A stretch of DNA of 64,000 nucleotides from Octopus vulgaris (GCA_951406725.2 OX597832.1:9734001-9798000), one strand, 5' to 3'. Counted from the stretch's first letter, positions 39,951-56,566 are shown. Notes: generated by a model not told the origin, from the sequence alone. Program-made: numbers and translations.

Positions 39951-40234
39951 AGAGGGGTACATACAGAGATACAGTGAGGGAGAGGTAGAGAAGGAGTAGG
40001 AAAGACAGAGAGAGTTATATTTACATTATAGAAATATGTTCTCGACTTCATATTGTCTACGATATTATCATAATGTTATGCATACATTTTCTAGCTACTA
40101 TCTCACATCTGTACTTATATATTCCATTTTACAATAATATTTCTCTTGTCTTCGTCTACCCATTCATGGTATTAAGATTGCGACTCAGATTTGATTTATA
40201 AGCAATTCTTCCTCTCAAACTCTCTCTGTATTTA

Positions 40235-40263
40235 TGTGTATGTATGTAAGTGTATGTATGTAA

Positions 40264-40327
<64 letters not shown>

Positions 40328-40349
40328 ATCTATATATATATGTATATAA

Positions 40350-40421
<72 letters not shown>

Positions 40422-40634
40422 GCTCATACGCAGACATACGCCCACATAATGTATATAGAGATATATATAGATGTATGCATATATTTGTGTATGTATACAC
40501 ATTGTTGCGTGTATGTGTGTGCGAGTACACAAGAATATGCACCTATATATATGTATGTGCTCGTACATATATATACATAAATACAAACTCACACATGCAC
40601 TCACACGCGTGCGCATACATATACACACACATAT

Positions 40635-40720
<86 letters not shown>
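40235..40720. repeat. (TA)n/(TG)n/(CA)n microsatellite mosaic
   Basis: Directly visible. Confidence 0.95.
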
Positions 40721-40721
<1 letters not shown>

Positions 40722-41066
40722 CTTTATTCTTTATTGTAGACTTGCATTTAAAGTTAAACGTATCGTTCTAATAGGTTTTGCCAGGAAAAACAAACAGTAA
40801 AGTCCATAGTTCAAAGATTCGATTTAAAATGTCTGCAAAGTAACTTAATAGATTCGATATTTATTGACTGAAGCGAGAAGAGAATTTTCGAAATTCTAAA
40901 GAAGGTCAAAGAAATCATAGAAACTCATTCTTTAACTTTATATTCAAGATGTCATCTATTGTTATATTTGATACACCTGTACATCACGGCATTCATATTG
41001 ATCACTTGAAATGTATTGTATTTGAATACAGTGTTTCATACGTATACCTCGGTCCCTACCACGGAA

Positions 41067-41106
<40 letters not shown>

Positions 41107-42444
41107 GTATGCGTCTTTATATCGTTTGTGCGTGCGTGTGTATGTGTGTGTGAACATGTACTCATATATGTGTATATATGTGTTCATATGCAAAATTCGC
41201 ATATTTACTGACGATCTCTTTCTCTCTGATAATCCTTTCATGTGTTACTCAAAATAATTTTCAGCGCTCTCACATGGGTACGATTTATTTTCATTTGGGA
41301 TTAAATTGAAGTAAATTTGAGATATTTTACTCGAATCATGTAGGGCAACATCGATTGTGCGTCTAGGAAACGTTGCATGTATGTATGGTAATTAAATTCT
41401 ATTTTTAGAATATACTGTTGAATGTGATAGGGTGAGAGTTTTATGTAAATATACATCTGTTGCTTATAGATTCATAGTGCAGAGTATTGCAAAATGAATT
41501 TATGAACTGAATAGCTATCAAATTCGTAAACAACAGACCTTAAATAGAGAGGCCATGTCAATGATAACGTCGCGAATACCGATGAGAATAAATTCACAAT
41601 TTTATCTGTCTGATTTATAGACTGAACGATAAATCAAACAATTGATAATGCAATTGGCTTAACGGTTTCCTACTTGGTTAATATAAATAAATGAAGTTAA
41701 ACAAAATCAGTAGATGATATCATTGTTAACATAATCGTCCTCGTGTGCTACAACAAAATCTTTTCAAACGCATGATTCAACATAACGTATCTTCATATCC
41801 AATTATAAAATCTAATTGAGTAAAATTTTACTTCAAATGTTTCAGTTTTCCGATCTGAAGTGGAATGTTGAAAGTTCAATTTTCATATTCAAATACGTTA
41901 AAATAATATTAGCTCTTTACTTACTGTGGTGATATTTGTGCTGAAACCATTTTTAGTCTTGTATCTTATATGAAATTATTTTATGGTATGCATTTAATTA
42001 TTTAATATGATTTTTGTCTAGTTTAAATTTTTCGTTTATATTACGGAAAAAGCGAAGCAGTTTTCACCATAATGCATTGTATACGTTTAACATTCTATTT
42101 TCAATAAATGAGGTGCATATTTCCTTATATACAGAAAAGTAAATCTCCATTTTACATTACGTTTTGCTTGTAGAAGTTATAGAATTCATAATATTTAAGT
42201 TCAAACTCGTTTAGAAATACTCCATTATATCTGAATATAGAGTTTAATAAATATACCATCGTTTTTATTTGGAAATGTATGCTCCCGAAAAGAAAATAAG
42301 CAAATAACTTCAATATTTCATTATACATTTCGTAAGTTCGGTTATATTTTGATACGAATAAGGAAAGAAAAGACAAGTTTGGTTGGATAACATTTAGTTA
42401 CAAATGGACATTCAAAATAACCAAGTTCATTGTAGTTTAAATGA

Positions 42445-42625
42445 TATAAATGGTGTGTTACAAGAGTATCTTACATTATGTCATAAAAGAAAAAAAAATA
42501 ATTATTCGGATTTCAACTTCAAAACACTTCCCATGGTAGTTCATAAACTGCTACCAGAGGTTCTGCCATTGCTAGTAACAGATCTCGAAAGCCTTCACTG
42601 GTGTCTGGTTATCTGGGCATTCTGG
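42445..42625 (-). mobile_element. Short mariner-like 3' remnant
   Basis: Minus-strand translation [18 protein letters not shown] resembles the mariner C-terminal W..RW.KC....G.YFE motif. Confidence 0.35.
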
Positions 42626-42749
42626 TTATCTGCTATGAATCGTATAATAAAAACGAATGCAGAAATGCCAAGATAATCGAACCGAATATATTGCTCCACA
42701 TACATGTGCAACATATATATATATATATATATATACATACACACACACG

Positions 42750-43234
<485 letters not shown>

Positions 43235-43792
43235 ATGTTATATCACACGATGTTCGAACTTACTTCTCTAGGATAATTTACACGGATATTTATTTAAATA
43301 TATATCGACTAGTAAATCACACTAATTGATATGGTAGTAGCTGAGATTAAAGTTATACAAAGTATTGATCGAGATAATTTCAATACTACGATTAAATAGT
43401 TATATAACAGTTTAAATAACCATTGTTATTTTCCCAATTGTACAGTATTACACTTTGTGGGTTTCACTAAATTATGTATGACACATTGTTCATAATTTGT
43501 GTAATTTATAAAATTTGTGTGAAATTTGCTGTTATTTTGTTAACTTGAGAATAAATATTAAATATGGATGTTAATCGAAAACTGGCGTAACATCATTTAT
43601 CTTTTACTTGTTTCAGTCATTTTACTCCGCCTTGAAGGGTCTGAGTGGAATAAATTCCGAAAATTTATTTCAAGTCTACTTCTTATTCTTTCGATTCCAT
43701 TTGCCAAAACGCTGTATTACAGGAATGGAGACGCACACACATGCACACTCACATACTCTCACATACACATACATACACACATATATATATAG

Positions 43793-43872
<80 letters not shown>

Positions 43873-44074
43873 ATGTATATATTATATATATATGGATGAG
43901 CCAGAATTTGAAAAAATGTGCAGTTGGTTTTAGATAGATTTATGTAAGATTACACAATAATAGTTTCAATAATTTTAATTTATGAATGATACACATACAT
44001 ACATACGCACACATACACACACGCATACACACACACACACACACGTAAAAGACACACACACACACACACACACG

Positions 44075-44155
<81 letters not shown>

Positions 44156-44379
44156 CATATGTAATACAACGGGATAGTAACGGAGTTTAAAATTACAAAG
44201 TAGAAATCGGCCACATATGTTTAAAGAATCAACTGTTCTCATAAACTTCAATGAGATTCATAATGAGATATATTAAACAAAATAGACTTATAATAATTAA
44301 AATTCATTTAAATCTGAAATTATACATTAAAATTATTTCTTAGTTGTTATAATGTGAACATTTGATATTTAGTAGACAT

Positions 44380-45340
44380 GCAATTTGTATTTTTCAATGT
44401 AAGTGCCCTATCAGGCATGTTACTGATCAGACAGTGAATATTTTCTTCAGGAATATCTTGCTACGTTTCATGCAATGATCTCAAGAGATCTGGCTTTGAA
44501 GCTGATTTATTTTTCTGTTTATGAAATGTCCTGTCCATTTTGCCCCGAGGGTGTTCTATAGGGTTCACGTCTGGTGACTGTCTTGACTATGGAAACTTTC
44601 TAATGCCATTCCTTTCTAACAAATCTTGTTGTATTTTAACCGTGTGACAAGGAATCCCATATTCCACAAATAGTTTCTTCTTTAATTATTTCACCACTGG
44701 AGATGTTTGGAAGGAGTACTTTCTGCAATATGGACACATATTTATTTGAATTTATCTTTCCTTCACAATCCAACAACTGCTGTGCTTCATTGATGGCTGC
44801 AGTCTTTTCACCTCAATTTCTTGATCACACAGTCTCAAGACACACACTCGAACACTGTCAGGAAATACAGCAAATATGGTCTCATCAGAGGATATGAGAG
44901 TGTCACAAATTGCTAATGGTCTTTACACCATCTCACTGCTGCAATATTTTTCCGCTTCATATTGGCTGGTGAAAGATGTAGCTTAATACCTCCTGCTCTG
45001 CCATAGTAACCAGGTCTGTGGAGATACCTCACAGCTGTTCTGGAACTTGCTCAGCTATTTCAGAGGTCTTGAAACCAGGATTATCACCCGCACTTCTCTT
45101 AGAAAAGAGAAGGATCCTGTCAGAGGAACCTGATTGACGTGGACAAGGGGATGTGGACTCCTTCCCCTCTCTTGTGTATTGCACCATATTAATTGGAGAA
45201 AGCGTGATCACAAAGTTGTTTGCGATTTACGCTGACTATACGCCCCTTCAGAATGATCCACAATACGGCCTCTTTGTAACTCAGACGGTTCCAATGCTTC
45301 TTTTGTACAAGGCATGATTAAACAATCACATATAGAATCT
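44380..45340 (-). mobile_element. Fossil Tc1-family DNA transposon
   Basis: Minus-strand translation gives SRQSPDVNPIEH (SPDLNPIE motif), FVEYGIPCHT (FQQDGAPCHT motif) and an N-terminal ..DNPGFKTSEI.. segment. Boundaries are approximate. Confidence 0.72.
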
Positions 45341-45445
45341 GAAATATATATACGAATCATAAAACGTTACAAGTTAGAATAAACATAAAACGATGTTTCA
45401 TGTGTGTCTATTTACTTCTAACATGTATGCATATATAGAGGGTGC

Positions 45446-45507
<62 letters not shown>

Positions 45508-45824
45508 GTATATTTAAATTTCAACAAGTAGAAATAATCATTAATTTCACCATGATAATTATATATGTATAAGTATAAAATCGTTAATTTAAAAGTAAAA
45601 AAAGAAACATTTTATTAAGTGGTCAGCATGGAAAACTTTAAAATTAACGATCTTATCCTTATTTATATAAATTTTAATTTATTTCATCACTCTATTTACT
45701 GCAGCGATATTTTGACCATATCTCACACGGAATTAAGCGCCGGACATATTGAACTGGCCATGATGCATACGTTCATATACATGTGGGTATACATTCGTAT
45801 ATGTAAGTATTCGTATGTTGTATT

Positions 45825-45919
<95 letters not shown>

Positions 45920-45923
45920 TATA

Positions 45924-46139
45924 TACTCTTTCTCTTTTTCTCTTTTACTTGTTTCAGTCATTCGATTGTGGCCATGCTGGAGCACCGCCTTTAGTCGAGC
46001 AAATCGAACCCAGGACTTATTCTTTGTAAGCCTAGTTCTTATACTATCGGTCTCTTTTTCAAAACCGCTAAGTTACGGGGACATAAACACACTACCATCG
46101 GTTGTCAAGCGATGTTGGGGTCGAAAATCAAACACACAA

Positions 46140-46186
<47 letters not shown>

Positions 46187-46362
46187 CATACATATATACG
46201 ACGGGCTTCCTTTCAGTTTCGCTCTACCAAATCCACTCACAAGGCTTTGGTCGGCTCGAGTCTATAGTAGAAGACACTTGCCCAAGGTGCCACGCAGTGG
46301 GAATGAACCCGGCACCGTGTGGTTGATAAGCAAGCTACTTTCTACACAGCCACTCCTACGCC
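45924..46362 (-). mobile_element. SINE family 2, full length
   Basis: Reverse complement of the 36384-36840 element along its whole length. Confidence 0.92.
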
Positions 46363-47611
46363 TATATATATTTATAAACATACATATACATATATGTATT
46401 TAATACATATACACACACACATTATATATACTCTCAAAGAGAATGCAAGAGAGAGGGAGAGAAGGAGGGAGAAAAAGAGAGTGAAGGGAGTGAAGGGAGA
46501 GAGATAAACAATGAAACGAAGGTAGAATGTTAAAATATGCACATGAATACATATCTGTATAAACAAATGTAAAATACATTTATGTTTACCACCGTATTTC
46601 ATTGGTAATGACAACATATTCGTGTCCATTTTAATGCAGAAGGAAACGCGCATATGGGAAGAAAAGTTTTATCCATGTCATATTCAAATACGCTTCAACG
46701 GATCCATTGATTATCATCCATTACTAAATTACAGATTTTAATGAGGTAGAAATATATGCTCGATGTTACATAAACTCATCTCATAAAACACTGCTACATG
46801 ATGCATTCACAACTTTTCAGCCGTGTAAATATTTAAGCTTAAATTGTGGTGGGGAATAGATCATCGAGAGACGATCGGTTGCTTCACTGAAAATTCTCGT
46901 ATACTCATTCAATATTAATCACTGAAAAACTATGATTTCTGAAGTATGACATTTATTTTTGTTTGTTTTTTTCTTCTCTTAGTCTATTCATTGATAATAG
47001 GAAAATATATTTTTAGTCTGACGTTTTGGGAATAATATGCAGGACTTTAATTCAATATAAAGGTTACGTGTTGCAATTCTCGTTTATATCCGACAATTAT
47101 TGGAAAGTGTGTGAAGTATAAATGTGTCCACAAGTCTGTGGATAAAGTATATGCAAGCATATTGATTCTAAAATGGTCTTTTAATTGCGTACAAATCTGC
47201 GAAAAAGTCGAAGTATACGAATTTGCAACACAAATCTCCTAGCCCATTTATATAAAATTTATATTCGACTTTAGCCATCAATATGTCCATATTACGTCTG
47301 TGTTTTTGCAAAGAAATGACGGGGTTGCAGGCATTGCTATCTCATTATATTTCCATATACAAAATGAAAATGAAAAATGGAAAGGAAGGCGGTTTCTAAA
47401 AGTACACCGAGGAAATGGGGTTTTAAATAGATCTTGCCATTTAACAGGCCTCATATTAATGGTACATTTATCTGTGTATTATATATATATTATATGGAAT
47501 GAAATAGAATAATACAATCATGGCATACAAATGGCAGGGAATTGTCTCGATTAGCAAGTACTGTTAGTAGTGAAAACGTAACCATGATTTGGAAAATTTT
47601 AAAGACAAAAT

Positions 47612-48488
47612 ATTATTTTCTACTCTAGGTACAATGCCAGAAATTTTGGAGGAAGGGGCCAGTCGATTAGATCGAAGACAGTACGCAATTTATCAAGCCC
47701 GAAAGGAAAAACAACAAAGTAGACCTCGGTGGAAGTGGAACTCAGAAAGTAAATACAGACGAAATACGTATTTCTTAACTACCCACAAGGGGCTAAACAC
47801 AGAGAGACCAAACAAGGACAGACAAAAGGATTAAGTCGATTACATCGACCCCAGAGCTTAACTGGTACTTATTTTATCGACACTGAAAGGATGAAAGGCA
47901 AAGTCGACTTCGGCGGAATTTGAACTCAGAACGGAGCGGCAGACAAAATACCGAAAAGCATTTCCCCCGGCGTGCTAGCGTTTCTGCCATCTCGCCCCCT
48001 TGAAATTTGAATTCACAACGTAACGGCAGACGAAATACCTATTTCTTTACTACCTACAAGGGGCTAAACACAGAGAGGACAAACAAGGACAGACAAAAAG
48101 ATTAAGTCGAATATATCCACCCCAGTGCGTAACTGGTACTTATTTAATCGACTCTGAAAGGATTAAAGGCAAAGTCGACCTCGGCGGAATTTGAACTCAG
48201 AACGTAGCAGCCGACGAAATACCGCTAAGCATTTCCCGCGGTGTTCTAAAGCATTTTATTTCATTATTACCCACAAGGGGCTAAACATAGATCGGACAAA
48301 CAAGGACAGGTAACAGGATTAAGATCATTGCATCGACCCCAGTGCGTAACTGGTACTTAAATTATCGACTCCGATAGGAGGAAATGCATTGTCGACCTTC
48401 GCGGAATTTGAACTTAGAACGTAACAGCAGACGAAACACCGCTAAGCATTTCGTCCGGCGTGCTAAAGTTTCTGCCAGCTCACAACCT
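47612..48488 (-). mobile_element. Head-to-tail array of SINE family 1 units (three near-full copies plus two headless fragments)
   Basis: Units at ~47612-47768, 47769-47999, 48002-48039, 48040-48250 and 48256-48488. Confidence 0.9.
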
Positions 48489-49145
48489 TTCGATGACAAT
48501 GTTACCTGTGCGCTCTGTCGACATCGAACTTGTCAATATAAAGGTCCGTTCGATTTCATTTGAACAAAATGCTAGTCTACCAAACTTAGTAAACGTTTTT
48601 ATTTAGCATATTTAAATAATATTTGAGATTAATTTGTTTTCTCGTTGGAAGTGAATCGCCAAATATCTGTATGGGCATTTTCTGTTTGAATGTAGATCTA
48701 AAAATATGCTATGTTATAAAGATTGCTCATCTAATCTCAATTTCCGGCCTGTTAAAATCAAGTTTGACCTGTTTTCTTTTCAAATATTGGTGAAACTGAT
48801 ATCAAATATCGAGATATAAAAAAAAAGTAAATAGATAAATCAGGACACCATATAGTACTGATTGTTTGGCGTAGGATAACATGTTCTACTTGTGTATCAT
48901 TTATTATTTATTTAATTGTGTGTGTGAAAGACTGTTGAAAACTTGAGGATACCTATGATTACATGTAGTAAACCGCTATGCACATAATTCCTACCAGGAA
49001 TAAGTCCGAACCTGTCTCAAACCAAAATTACAACAACATTAATAATAATAATAATGATGATAATAATAATAATGATAATAATAATAATAATAAGAAGAAG
49101 AAGAAGAAGAAGTAGAAGAAGAATTATGATAATGATAATAACAAC

Positions 49146-49194
<49 letters not shown>

Positions 49195-49221
49195 GTAATA
49201 ATAATAATAATAATAACAATA

Positions 49222-49252
<31 letters not shown>

Positions 49253-49347
49253 TGATAATAATAATAATAACAATAACAATAACAATAATAATAATAGTAA
49301 TAATGATAATAATAACAACAACAACAACAATAATAATAATAATAATA

Positions 49348-50442
<1,095 letters not shown>

Positions 50443-51744
50443 TAATAATAATAATAGTAATCATATTGATAAGGAGGATGATGATAATTCGTGCATAACT
50501 TTTAAGTAGAGTTTAAGTCGAACATTCAGTTTTGTTGTTAAAGAAAGTAAATACACATGTCACAATATATCTCCTTAAAACTCATACATTTAGTTATGTT
50601 CTACATAAAATGGAATAAAATGCATGCGTCATTTATAATTACTTATTATTAAGTTAAAACGATACATTTGGAAGCGAACGATTAGTGTTTCATTGTTATC
50701 AAGCGGAAACACATAATCGACCTATATGCAGGATGTTTTTCAATACCTGCAGGCGTCTACTTAGTGTCAGTTTTAATTTCATCGAATTTACGTATAACCA
50801 TATTATTATTCAACACCACAAGATTTACTTTAAAGAAGTTCCATCCATGTTCACAGTTTTCTATTCTCAAAGATTGCGTGCTTAAACGCTGCATTAAAAC
50901 ATTTTGTAATTTAAAAACCATTTGAATGCTTGTGTAAGCATTGATAGCGGCAATTTCCATATACACTTCGTAACTTGTATTTTGTATTTACTGACATTCT
51001 ATATGTTATCGCACACGCTGTGTAATATCCGTGCTATAACAAAGACGGGTTAAAATATTGTTTTATTTTTCATGCATTGCACTCACTCATTTACATATTT
51101 CTGCTTGGTATAAATTGTCTCATTGCTCTATCTCATTATAGGCGAGATTACGTTAGATATAATTTAAAAGCAATAATATATCTAACATTTTTTTCATTAG
51201 AATATTAATCACGATGCAAGAACTGTATTTAAAATCCTTGAAAGAATTAGATGTATATGTAAAGATTATTTGTTGAAGGATAAATTTGATTCAAGATTAA
51301 TATTATGAAATAATACGCAAACGTTTGGAATTTCAATGGTTAAATAGATATTTTTTCCTGGGGAAATATTTGCTGCATATGTGTAGATATTTAACGATAC
51401 ATATTTAAATGATACATTATGCTTCTTTTGTACTAAATATCAAGGTGAACTCTAAAATTCTGACTTAGAGATAGAATCTTTAATACAAGTATAAGTTGCC
51501 TGCGTTCAAATACTTAATCAATCGTTATTACATCATAACGAAAATGAGGAGATACCTGCTTGCTGGAATCAAATATTCTGAGAGAGGCAGCTTTACCCAA
51601 TCCCATTTCCAGGATAACTTATATTTTGTCTGTAGCAAAATGTGAGCTAGTAGATTTCCAATGCACATATAAACATTGCACATATCAGACATATCTATAT
51701 AGGCAGGTATATACACACTCACATACTCACATACATTCATATTT

Positions 51745-51766
51745 GAATATATATATATATATATAT

Positions 51767-51820
<54 letters not shown>

Positions 51821-51845
51821 GATAGATAGATAGATAGATAGATAT
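51745..51845. repeat. (TA)n-(GATA)n microsatellite
   Basis: Directly visible. Confidence 0.96.
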
Positions 51846-53577
51846 ACATAGATACATAGATGTACAGATACATATAGATATGTATGATATTCCGTAATAA
51901 ATGACTCAGTTATCTAAGAGAATAACGAAAATCTGAAAATAAATAAGAAAAAAAAGAAATCTTGTAAATAAAGCTACCCTGGGTTTCCTGATCAAAATAT
52001 TGATTTATTCCGACATTTTTCGAGCCGAAAACTAGACTGTCGATCAGTGGTATTTGAGCAGATTACATTTGAGCAAGAGACGGTCGTAAAGAAAAAGACG
52101 GGTCGAAACATACAAGAGGAGATAACCAACCTTAAAATAATTCGATATGAAGCAGATGTAAAACATTGCTATTTGTTTATTAAGTGTACAGTGGTCTACT
52201 TTTAAATTCCGTTAAGATGTATTTCCGGAAATTGGGAGATAAAGAAAAATCTTGTGCCTCGAGTTTATATATGCGTTGAATGTTCTCAACTTTTTCAGGA
52301 CACAGTTTTTCAAAAGAATACTCTGAATATGTATTTAGACTTGTTAATATAGAGCCGGGTTTGGGAGATGATTTTTCATTTGATATCCTTGATATGAAAA
52401 CTGGCCCCTTCGTGTTCAACTAAAGATGAAAGTTTTGTTGAATGTTTTTTATCACGGTACCTACAATTCGAAAGATGGTTGTTATATCTATTTTTAATTT
52501 TTCCTTCCAAGTCTGGGATATAATAATATCTTCATAATCTTCCGAACCAGAACCCGTCTTACCCATCTTACTATTTAATTTGATTAGTCGGAACCTTGAC
52601 TATATCTGAAAGCTATTACAGTGACCGCCTGGATAATTCATCTAGAGAGGGAGGTGGGGGGATTGAGAGAGCAATGTATTGAGAGGAGAGGAACAGTTAG
52701 AGAACGAAAGAATGTGTAAGAGAGAGAGGGAGGGAGGGAGGTACAGTTATACGAATAAACAAATAAAACTACTTGGTTTTGATATACAAAGTATATATAC
52801 AGGCATACATACAGAGAGAAAAGAACAACTTAAAAGTACAAAAGGATGAGGAAATCTTAGGGGAGACGTTATGGTGTTACAAGTAATGTTATATGTAAAT
52901 CACGAGTTTATTTTCATATAACGAGAAAAGTTTATTGCTAGGCTGTGTTAGATTAAATTTACTCGTCAATATCCGAATAATTTGCATTAAATTGCCACTG
53001 GCAAGAACAGAATGAAGATGTATCCGGGTGTAATTTTCCCTTCACTAGAAGCGACATTAATTCAATAAGTTAAAACTCCTGCCCTGTACTTACAATTCTC
53101 ATTTCAATTCTCTCATTCAAACATTAGGATTATATTGGTTGTATTATAAAGAGCAAACGGTAACACATTGGTTTTCTAAAAGTTATTGTTTCGATTTATT
53201 ATTTTCCCATTGTGTGTGATAATATCCTCTAATACAATTGACATATGTGAATATATAGAAGTGTGATAACTTCATTATGATTTGAGGTGCATGAATCGCA
53301 ACTCACAGCTATTAAAAAAATACATTTGTACCAATGAATATGTCTTAAAAAAGGTTTATAATCACCAGGCAACATTCAGGCACACCGAACACAAAGGAAA
53401 ATAAAGAGTAAATGCGTGTAAAAATTTACTGAAAATATATAGGGCAGTAGTATATGTCAAAATATACGGTTTTACATTTTATGAGTACTCTTTTACTACA
53501 ATAAATGTTAAAACTGATGCTCGCATCAGAGATACTGCTACGAATGTTGCTACGTATTAATACCTTCATCCCCATAA

Positions 53578-53865
53578 CCAAAAACAACAGCAACAACAGC
53601 AAAACAACAGCAAAAACAACGACAATAACAATAACAACAACACCAACAGCAACGACTACTACTACTACAGCAACTACTACTACTACTACTAATACTACTA
53701 CCAACACCACTATTGAATTATTAATTGGAATTCCACGCCGCAGGGTTGGTGTACATACATACGCGTGTGTGTGTGTGTACATGGGTGTTTCTATGTATAC
53801 TTACATACATACATATAAATATATATATATGTATGTATGTATGTATGTATCTATCTATCTATCTA

Positions 53866-53918
<53 letters not shown>

Positions 53919-54043
53919 GACACGCACAAACACATGCATATTTACATGTGTTTGTGCGTATGTACATATGTATATTTGCGTATGAGTGCGCGGGCGTTTA
54001 TATATATATATATATTAATATACATACACACACATACACACAC

Positions 54044-54105
<62 letters not shown>

Positions 54106-54115
54106 ATGTATATAT
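53578..54115. repeat. (AAC/AGC/ACT)n and (TA/CA/TG)n microsatellite mosaic
   Basis: Directly visible. Confidence 0.93.
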
Positions 54116-54384
54116 TCAGGTTATAAGAGGTAATGGTGTCAATTAAGACCCAATGTTAATGCTGAATAAGTGCTATAGACAGACCATAGTTGAGTTCCAG
54201 ATTCGGTAATTTTGCGAATAAAGGTTTCAACGTTGATTCTATGTCAGCGTGTATAAATAATAATTTTTTCCGTAATGAGATAAAAAAAACAAGGATGTGT
54301 AAATATTAGAACATTTATAGATAGGTCTTACATCCGTTTCATATATTTATAGTGTCAAGACTTATATTTATGTAAAAATACTTT

Positions 54385-55350
54385 TCTTTTATTCTATTAG
54401 TCGACTCCAGGAGTTATACTTTGTAAGCCTAGTACTTATTCTAACGGCTTTTTGCCGAACCGCTAAGTTACGGGGACGTAAACATACCAGAATCAGTTGT
54501 CAAACGATGTTGTGGGGACAAAATTCATACACACTAACATATACACGTACGCGCACGCACATACACACACATATATATAAGTGATTTGGTTGACAGAAGC
54601 TGAAAAATGAGCTAAGGCGGTGCGCCTGCAGAAGCTTCAGTACACCGGGCGAAATGCTTAGCGTTATTTCGTCTGCCGTTATGTTCTGAGTTCAAAGTTC
54701 GCCGAGGTCGACCTTGCCTTTCATCCTTTCGAGGTCGATACATTTAGTACCAGTTACGCACTGAGGTCGATGTAGTCGACTTATTCCCTTTGTCTTTACT
54801 TGTTTGTCCCCTCTATGTTGAGCCCATTGTGGGCAAAAAGAAATAGGAAACTGAAAGAAGCATGCATTATACATACAAAAATAAATTATTTTTTTCTTTC
54901 ACCTTTTCCAATCATTTTGACAGCGGTCATGCAAACGTAACGCCTTTAGTCGTGCAAATCGACCCCAGAAATTGTTGTTTTTAAGCTTAGTACTTATTAT
55001 ATCGGTCTCCTGTGCCCAACCGTTACGTGGACATAAACGCACCGGCATCGGTTGTCAAGCGATGTTGTAGGGTAACAAGCACAGACACACAAACATACAC
55101 ACCCACGTACATATATTAGAAGACACTTGTCCAAGGTGCAACGCTGTGAGATGGGAACTCGGAACCATGTGGTTGGTAAGCAAGCTGCTTACAACACAAC
55201 CACCCCTGTACTTACGTAAAATGTTTGTTTAGTAGTCACATAGCTCGAAGTTCTATAGCATAGGTCTGGGGTTTTGTAATATAGCATTAGGCTGAACAAA
55301 GCCTTGTAAATGGATTTGGTAGACCGAAACTGAAAGATGCATGTAGTGTA
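54385..55350. mobile_element. Nested SINE cluster: family 2 fragments on both strands with a family 1 copy at 54614-54845 (+)
   Basis: Family 2 motifs (ccgctaagttacggggacgtaaac, gaagacacttgtccaaggtgc, ggatttggtagaccgaaactgaaag) surround a complete family 1 unit. Confidence 0.85.
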
Positions 55351-55679
55351 CACACATACATAATACATACATACATTGATGTGATATTTTACTTGTTTAG
55401 TTGCAAAAGTAATGTGGCAGTCCCGCTAAGGACTATGTCACAACCAGGAAAACGTATTTCCCCGCTGGTTATCCATGCATAATCTTTTGAGCAAGAGAGC
55501 GCACCCCTCCCACCTAGTAACTAGCATTACCAACAATCCAATCCTTTTTGGGCATAATCCCGTCTTCGAGTCTAGAATGAGTAAAACAGCGAGCTTTAAA
55601 TTTCTGAATGAGATTTAAGAATTAATTATACTTCATAGTAAAATCTATTTGTATACGTATATATATATATATATATATA

Positions 55680-56076
55680 CTAGCAGTATCGCCCGGCGTT
55701 GCTCGGGTTTGTAAGGGAAATAACTATATAAGCATTTTTTAGAGAGTTATAGCCAAAAAATAGCAAAAATGCATTAAAAATGGACAAAAATTGATGGTAA
55801 TTTTTTTTTAAATCGCTGACTCATCGTAGACATTTTTAGAGAGTTACTTCCCTAATATAATAGCGAAAAAAATGCATTAAAATGGGAAAAAATGATGGTC
55901 ATTTTGTTTTTAAATCGTAGACTCAGCGTAGACGCGTGCTAGTACCCAGAAGGGCTCGATATGAATCACGATTATAAGATACCCGGTTTTGGTTAAACTG
56001 CACCGCAAAATGTGGGAGTAGTTAGGAATCTAAATCGTAGGAGACAGACACACAACTTGACTTTTATATATAAAGA
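55680..56076 (-). mobile_element. Non-autonomous Helitron
   Basis: The minus strand reads A|TCtttatatataaaag ... cccgagc-aac-gccggg (hairpin) cgatactg CTAG|T. This gives 5' TC, a subterminal hairpin, 3' CTAG and an A/T target. An internal ~100-bp tandem repeat occurs twice. Confidence 0.92.
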
Positions 56077-56114
56077 TATATATATATATATATACATATA
56101 CACATGCATGCACA

Positions 56115-56180
<66 letters not shown>

Positions 56181-56504
56181 TCTGTGCATATATGTGTGTG
56201 TGTGTTTCTGTGTATGTGTGTATGTGTTTAAGTATGATTATGTTTCTTTGAATCAAGAGTATGAGTTCTATGCCTAATTAAGAAATGGTAAAATTCAGTA
56301 GTTTATTGAATAAATTTTGCTTATGGCCTCCAGATCAATTATTCTGTTTTTGTTATATTTACTTCCTGAAAATAATGTGAATATGTTTGCTAAAAATCAT
56401 GCTTACTTATGCAACCATATAACTAGTTTCATGGATTTTAAGTGTGTGCGTACACACACACACATATACATACACATAGCTGGAGAGAGGGAGAGGGGAG
56501 AAGA

Positions 56505-56566
56505 TATGTGTGTGTTTGTGTGTGTGTGTGTGTGTGTGTACGTGTGTGTTTCAGTGAGACAGAAAG

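Noticed and set aside
47612-48488. Regularly recurring units that could look like a CRISPR array or tRNA cluster
   Set aside because: The units are ~200-bp SINE copies with no spacers, no cas genes and no complete cloverleaf.
52090-52560. Possible MITE arms (aagacgggt / acccgtctt and weak neighbouring matches)
   Set aside because: The matches are too short to establish TIRs by eye.
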